Shown here: positions 58,911 through 64,000 of the stretch, piece by piece
Numbering within the stretch: position 1 is the first letter of the stretch
How the letters are laid out: each line of letters starts with the position of its first letter
Assembly: GCA_002479455.1 (NCBI GenBank)
Contig: DLNB01000045.1
Location: forward strand, 141 to 64,140
Direction: 5' to 3'
Origin: Acetothermia bacterium UBA7521
GTDB lineage: Bacteria > Bipolaricaulota > Bipolaricaulia > Bipolaricaulales > Bipolaricaulaceae
Length of the DNA stretch: 64,000 nucleotides
Made by a program: the position numbers and the translations under genes
Notes under the pieces: model-generated
Seen by the model: only the letters and a program-made list of their open reading frames with translations
The model's database searches: none
What the model was told of the DNA's origin: nothing

Positions 58911-59776
58911 CGCAGCGCCTCCTTGACGAGAACGGCGACCTCGCCGGGGGTGCGGGCGACGGGGATCCCCGCCTTCCCCAGCCGCTCCGCCTTCGCCTGG
59001 GCTGTCCCCTCGCTGCCGGTTACGATCGCCCCGGCGTGTCCCATCCGTTTGCCTGGCGGAGCCGAGAACCCGGCGATGTACGCCACGACCGGCTTGGCCC
59101 CCTTCTCGGCGAGGTAGGCGGCGGCCTCCTCCTCGGCGCTTCCCCCGATCTCCCCGACGAGGACGACGACCTTCGTCTCCGGATCGGACTCAAACAAGGG
59201 GAGGAGGTCGGTGAAGGTGCTCCCGATGATCGGGTCCCCCCCGATCCCGATCACCGTGGACTGCCCGATCCCCGCTTGCGACAGGTGGTGAGCGATCTCA
59301 TAGGTGAGCGTACCGGAGCGGGACACGATCCCCACCGGCCCCGGGGTGAACGCCGCGGGGGGGATGACCCCGACCTTGGCCTTGCCGGGAGAGATCAGGC
59401 CTGGGCAGTTGGGGCCGATGAGGCGGACCGGGTACGCCTTGAGGAGGGGGTAGGTGCGGAGCATGGCGTGAAGGGCGATCCCTTCCGTGATGCATACGAG
59501 AAGAGGAATCCCGGCGGCCGCGGCCTCGAGGAGGGCGTCCGGCGCAAACGCCGCGGGGACGAACAGGACCGCGGCGTCCAGTCGGTGCTGTTCTGCTGCC
59601 TCGGCGACCGAGTCGTAGACCGGGATCCCATCGAGGGCCGTACCGCCCTTGCCCGGGGTGACCCCGGCCACGACCTTCGTCCCGTACGCCACCATCTGCC
59701 GGGTGTGGAACGCCCCCTCGCCCCCGGTGATGCCCTGGACCAGCACCTGCGTCTGTTCGTTGACAAGGATTGCCAC
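58907..59776 (-). CDS. sucD: succinate--CoA ligase subunit alpha
   Basis: The start is taken at GTG 59776 (GGAGGGAG upstream). [11 protein letters not shown]...[23 protein letters not shown] and the catalytic His in GHAGAI. No sucC gene is adjacent. Confidence 0.9.
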   Translation of the reverse strand: MAILVNEQTQVLVQGITGGEGAFHTRQMVAYGTKVVAGVTPGKGGTALDGIPVYDSVAEAAEQHRLDAAVLFVPAAFAPDALLEAAAAGIPLLVCITEGIALHAMLRTYPLLKAYPVRLIGPNCPGLISPGKAKVGVIPPAAFTPGPVGIVSRSGTLTYEIAHHLSQAGIGQSTVIGIGGDPIIGSTFTDLLPLFESDPETKVVVLVGEIGGSAEEEAAAYLAEKGAKPVVAYIAGFSAPPGKRMGHAGAIVTGSEGTAQAKAERLGKAGIPVARTPGEVAVLVKEALR

Positions 59777-59874
59777 GTGTCTCCCTCCCTCTGCAAGGAT
59801 AGCACGCCGAGGATACGGGGGATGTCGCCAATAGAACAACTCACTGCAATCCCCCTCTCGCCAGGACAGAGTCG

Positions 59875-59903
59875 TTGACAGGCATCGAGAGGGTGAGTAT
59901 AAC
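59875..59903 (+). promoter_or_regulatory. candidate promoter giving a nearly leaderless transcript for the second peptide ABC operon
   Basis: TTGACA-17 nt-TATAAC. ATG 59915 lies 11 nt after the -10 box and there is no Shine-Dalgarno. Confidence 0.45.
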
Positions 59904-59914
59904 TCGCAGTTCGC

Positions 59915-60892
59915 ATGATTCAGTATCTGGTGCGGCGGCTGCTGTGGGCGATCCCCGTGTTGCTGGCCATCATGGTGGTCACGTTCTTCCTGGCCCGTGC
60001 CATCCCCGGGGGGCCGTTTGACTTTCGCGGAGACAAGCAGATACCGGAGACGATTCGCAAGAACCTGGAGCGAAAGTACGGGTTGGACCTCCCTCTGCAC
60101 CAACAGCTCGGACGCTGGATCTGGGACGCGATCCGGTTTGACTTCGGCCCGTCCTATGCATCACGGTCTCAGACCGTAACCGACATCCTCAAGCGCACGT
60201 TCCCTATCTCGTTCCAGCTGGGGGTGCTCGCTCTCCTGTTCGCCTTATGCATCGGAATCCCCATGGGGACCATCGCTGCAGTCAAGCAGAACACGATCGT
60301 TGACTACGGAGCTACGTTCGCAGCGATTCTGGGTGTATCTATGCCCACCATGGTCACGGGCCCTCTCCTGATGTGGGTGTTCGCTCTCATTCTCGGGTGG
60401 CTCCCCGCAGCACGGTGGGGCACGGACTACACCCAGCTCTACCTTGGATTCTTCCCCAACCTCCTCTCGGGCAAGTTCTGGCTCCACGCGATTCTGCCCT
60501 CCCTAACCCTGGGCCTGGCGTATTCGGCGTCCATCGCGCGACTGACCCGGGCAAGCCTTCTTCAGGTTATCCGCGAGGACTACATCCGAACCGCATACGC
60601 CAAGGGACTGCCGGGGCGAAGGACGGTCATCCTGCATGGGCTGCGAAACAGCCTCATCCCGGTAGCGACAGTCCTCGGCCCGATGTTCGCCGGAATTGTG
60701 ACCGGCAGCATGATTGTCGAGCAGATCTTCGGTATCGCGGGCATGGGAAAGTACTTCGTGACCTCCGTAACCAACCGGGACTACCCGATGATCATGGGGG
60801 CCGTGTTGCTGTACTCCGTACTGCTGGTAGGGGCGAACCTGCTGGTGGATGTAAGCTACGCATGGCTTGACCCAAGGATTCGGTACGACTGA
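59915..60892 (+). CDS. peptide ABC transporter permease (OppB/DppB-like)
   Basis: [26 protein letters not shown] and ...[28 protein letters not shown]. Confidence 0.9.
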   Translation: MIQYLVRRLLWAIPVLLAIMVVTFFLARAIPGGPFDFRGDKQIPETIRKNLERKYGLDLPLHQQLGRWIWDAIRFDFGPSYASRSQTVTDILKRTFPISFQLGVLALLFALCIGIPMGTIAAVKQNTIVDYGATFAAILGVSMPTMVTGPLLMWVFALILGWLPAARWGTDYTQLYLGFFPNLLSGKFWLHAILPSLTLGLAYSASIARLTRASLLQVIREDYIRTAYAKGLPGRRTVILHGLRNSLIPVATVLGPMFAGIVTGSMIVEQIFGIAGMGKYFVTSVTNRDYPMIMGAVLLYSVLLVGANLLVDVSYAWLDPRIRYD

Positions 60893-61890
60893 TGGCCCTT
60901 CAGAAGCGCACGATGGGGGCAAACGGAGAAATGCGAGGGCGGAGCCCGACTCAGGACGCGTTCCGGCGCCTGTTCAGACACCGAGCAGCCACTGTCGGCG
61001 CCATCTACGTCCTCCTGTTGGTGATCGTGGCGCTGTTCGTGGACACAACGATCCCGGCAGCGATCTTCGGGGGAGAGGCGCGACCTTTGATCGCCCCCAA
61101 GCACTTCGCCGAGGTGAGCTTCTTCGAGCGGGACCTGCCTCCGGGGACGCCGGGCTTCCCTCTCGGCACCGACTACCTCGGCCGGGATATCCTCAGCCGT
61201 ACGCTCTACGGTACCCGTGTGTCGCTCGCGGTGGCGATTGTGGCAGCAACGGTTGCCCTCATTGTGGGGTTGACCTACGGCGTGATCTCCGGGTTCGCCC
61301 CATCGGGTGTTGACAACGCGATGATGCGGTTCGTGGACTTCCTGTATGGGTTCCCTCTTCTTATCTTCATCATCCTCATGCAGGCCTTGTTCAAGGCGGT
61401 GAGCCGCCGCGGCGCAACGGGGTTCGTGGGGATGATGGTGGGGATTGATAAGGCGTTGGGGGGGATGTTCTTCTTGTTCGTTGCGCTAGGGATCCTGAAC
61501 TGGATTGGGATGGCTCGACTCGCCCGTGGGCAGACCCTGTCTGTTAAGCAGAAGGAGTACATCGAATCGGCGCGTGCCCTGGGAGCGAGCAACCTGCGCA
61601 TCGTATTCCGCCACGTTCTTCCCAACATCATTGGACCGTGTATTGTGTCTGAAACGCTGGCGATTCCAGGGTACATCCTGACCGAGGCGTTTCTCAGCTT
61701 CATCGGGCTGGGGGTGACCCCTCCGACCCCGAGCTGGGGACTCATGATCTCGGAAACCTACCAGGGGTTGCGGACATATCCCTGGGAGACGCTCATCCCC
61801 GGCGCGGCCCTCGCCACCACGACGCTCGCGTTCAACTTCCTGGGGGATGGGCTTCGCGACGCGTTTGACCCGCGGTTGAGAGGGACATAG
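60892..61890 (+). CDS. peptide ABC transporter permease (OppC/DppC-like)
   Basis: TGATG junction. ...PLGTDYLGRDILSR...EYIESARALGASNLRIVFRHVLPN. Confidence 0.9.
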   Translation: MALQKRTMGANGEMRGRSPTQDAFRRLFRHRAATVGAIYVLLLVIVALFVDTTIPAAIFGGEARPLIAPKHFAEVSFFERDLPPGTPGFPLGTDYLGRDILSRTLYGTRVSLAVAIVAATVALIVGLTYGVISGFAPSGVDNAMMRFVDFLYGFPLLIFIILMQALFKAVSRRGATGFVGMMVGIDKALGGMFFLFVALGILNWIGMARLARGQTLSVKQKEYIESARALGASNLRIVFRHVLPNIIGPCIVSETLAIPGYILTEAFLSFIGLGVTPPTPSWGLMISETYQGLRTYPWETLIPGAALATTTLAFNFLGDGLRDAFDPRLRGT

Positions 61891-62014
61891 ACTATTAGAT
61901 TTGCGCCAGGCGTCTCGCTTGGCTCAAGGAGGTGGTCGTCGGAGGGGATTGGGATGGGTAGCAGGCGATAGGTCTTTTGTTCTTGTTGCAGATAGGAAGC
62001 AAAGGAGGCATGCG

Positions 62015-63736
62015 ATGAGGCTGAGCAAACTAGCAGTACTGGCGGTTGTCGGGTTGATGATTTGGCCTGCGTTCGCGGCACCGGTGATCCTGAACCGGAA
62101 CCTGGGCACGGAACCCCCCACGGCGGACCCGGCCCTCGGTGAGGACACGACGTCGATCGAGATCATCGAGCAGATGTTCCTCGGACTCGTTGATATGGAC
62201 GAGATCACGATGGCCCCGATCCCCGAGTTGGCCGCGCGCTGGGAGGTTTCGGCGGACGGGCTGACCTGGACCTTCTTCATGCGCAGCGATGTGTTTTGGG
62301 TGAAGTACGATGCCAAAGCGGGCCAGGTCGTCTATGACCTCGACGAAAAGGGTCAGAAGCGACCCGTTACAGCACATGACGTTGTGTACGGCGTGAAGAG
62401 GACGCTGGATCCGGATACGGGATCGAACTACGCCTACGTGCTGTACATCATCGAGGGTGCCCTTGAGGCAAACGAGGGCACCGGCTCACTGGACGCTGTC
62501 GGGGTCAAGGCCCTCGATGCGTACACCGTGCGTTTCACGCTCATTGCCCCGGCGGGATACTTCGGCCAGATCGCCTCGATGTGGGTCGCCCGGCCGCAGC
62601 CGCAGTGGGCGATTGCGAAGCACGGCGATGCGTGGATCGAGCCCGAGAACATCGTTACCAACGGCTCTTACGTCATGAAGACGTGGGTGCACAACGACAA
62701 CCTCGTGTTCGTGCGCAACCCGTACATCCCCGCGGCCCTGTGGGGCGGAGGGAACATCGACGAGGTGCATTGCGTCACGATTGTCGAGGACTCCACCGAG
62801 TTCGCGATGTACCTCAACAACGAGCTCGACACGCTCGACGGCCCGCCGCTGCCGGAGATGGACCGCATCAAGGCCGACCCTGTCCTCTCCAAGCAGCTCA
62901 ACATCCGGCCGCAACCCTGCACCTACTACTACGGGTTCGTCACCACCAAGCCCCCGATGGACAACCCGGATGTGCGCAAGGCGCTCTCCATGACCATCGA
63001 TCGGAAGACGATCGTCGAGCAGGTGACGAAGGGCGGTCAGATCCCAGCGAACACGTTCGCAGGCGGAACCATCTTTGGCAATGCTGCTCTCAGCCCGGAG
63101 ATCGCTCCGTGGGCCATCGACGCGGCTGGGTGGGACTACGACAAGGCCGTTACCGAGGCGCAGAGGCTGCTCGCTGGAGCAGGGTACCCGGATGGGGCGG
63201 GCCTCGAGATCATCCTCATGCACAACGTGTCCGAGGGCCATGCCCGGATCGCCCAGGCCATCCAGGCGATGTGGACGAAGGCATTCCCCAAGGCAAGGTT
63301 CATCATCGAGACTCAAGAGTGGGGAACCTACCTGAAGACCATCACCAAGGAGACGCCGATCGAGAACGTGCCGCACGTGTACCGACTGGGCTGGTGTCAG
63401 GACTACCCGGACCAGAACAACTGGGTGCACGAGGTGCTCAACCCGACCCTCGGCGAGAACAAGCCGCGGCTGAGCGCCGACGACCCCTACGTGGGGGCGG
63501 CGATCGCGCGGTTCGACGAGCTCACCACGCAGGCGGGGCGGCTCTCCGACCCAGTCGAGCGCGCCAAGCTGTACTTCGAGGCTGAGAAACTGCTCATCGA
63601 CGAGATCGTTGCCATCGCCCCTATCTACTACTACAGCTACAACATCATGAACAAGCCGTGGATGACCCGGAAGTGGCACGACACGCCGCACTGGGACACC
63701 TGGTCCATCGACATGGAACTCAAGGCGAAGGGCTAA
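62015..63736 (+). CDS. ABC transporter substrate-binding protein (family 5, peptide type)
   Basis: The start is taken at ATG 62015 (AAGGAGG upstream). Signal peptide MRLSKLAVLAVVGLMIWPAFA, followed by a family-5 SBP-like sequence. Confidence 0.85.
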   Translation: MRLSKLAVLAVVGLMIWPAFAAPVILNRNLGTEPPTADPALGEDTTSIEIIEQMFLGLVDMDEITMAPIPELAARWEVSADGLTWTFFMRSDVFWVKYDAKAGQVVYDLDEKGQKRPVTAHDVVYGVKRTLDPDTGSNYAYVLYIIEGALEANEGTGSLDAVGVKALDAYTVRFTLIAPAGYFGQIASMWVARPQPQWAIAKHGDAWIEPENIVTNGSYVMKTWVHNDNLVFVRNPYIPAALWGGGNIDEVHCVTIVEDSTEFAMYLNNELDTLDGPPLPEMDRIKADPVLSKQLNIRPQPCTYYYGFVTTKPPMDNPDVRKALSMTIDRKTIVEQVTKGGQIPANTFAGGTIFGNAALSPEIAPWAIDAAGWDYDKAVTEAQRLLAGAGYPDGAGLEIILMHNVSEGHARIAQAIQAMWTKAFPKARFIIETQEWGTYLKTITKETPIENVPHVYRLGWCQDYPDQNNWVHEVLNPTLGENKPRLSADDPYVGAAIARFDELTTQAGRLSDPVERAKLYFEAEKLLIDEIVAIAPIYYYSYNIMNKPWMTRKWHDTPHWDTWSIDMELKAKG

Positions 63737-63758
63737 GGTCGAAGCACGGTAGGAGCAC

Positions 63759-63790
63759 GGGGCCTCCCCTAGTGGGAGGCCCCTTTCTTC
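63759..63790 (+). terminator. intrinsic terminator
   Basis: GGGGCCTCCC-CTAGT-GGGAGGCCCC followed by TTTCTTC. Confidence 0.75.
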
Positions 63791-64000
63791 TGAGAAGGGT
63801 ACCCATCAACAGATGTCGCGCCAGGGTCTGCGTAGCACCCCGCCAGCGGGCTGTGTTGGCCGGTGTTTGCGAAGAGCCTCTTGCTGATATCGGCGTACAC
63901 CGTGTAGGGGCCTTCGCCAGAGGGCCGGGCGCTTGGGAACATCCAAATCAGGACGCAAGCCACACTTCCCCGCCCTTCAGGTCATCTTGCGCTTGACCGC

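Overview
This is a GC-rich bacterial chromosomal window made mostly of tightly packed housekeeping genes. These include gmk, acpS, rpsA, cmk, ispE, hutI/hutH, era, glnS, recO, ligA, phoH, dnaX-ybaB-recR, ychF and sucD. There is a 23S-5S rRNA operon with no 16S gene upstream, and three tRNAs: Gln-CTG, Arg-GCG and Ser-CGA. Three accessory patches interrupt the core. (1) At 20.9-25.9 kb lies a RiPP-style cluster: a wHTH regulator, an ABC exporter, one or two Cys-rich precursor peptides (core CKCGCGC followed by a Gly/Ala tract) and an RRE-radical SAM-SPASM maturase. It is followed by a hicAB toxin-antitoxin cassette inserted between two diverged copies of the 5' end of a GNAT gene. (2) At 31.2-34.2 kb an IS110-family element, with a structured upstream non-coding end that is a candidate bridge RNA, and an IS481-family element sit between the convergent sigma-factor and ligA genes. 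The IS481 copy is flanked by CTAG, and one of those CTAGs supplies the ligA stop codon. (3) At 47.1-56.7 kb a visibly lower-GC island abuts the 3' end of tRNA-Arg. It carries a secreted protein with four lipocalin-like repeats, a five-gene peptide ABC importer and IS-like debris. Other features are a LacI-controlled sugar-uptake and catabolism operon (1-8.0 kb), a second peptide ABC importer (59.9-63.7 kb), a dispersed ~107-nt palindromic CCGT-rich repeat family (three copies), an unexplained ~580-nt non-coding gap beside tRNA-Gln, two probable leaderless transcripts, and a frameshifted GNAT gene. All calls rest on reading the sequence and ORF translations by eye. No database search or folding program was run.
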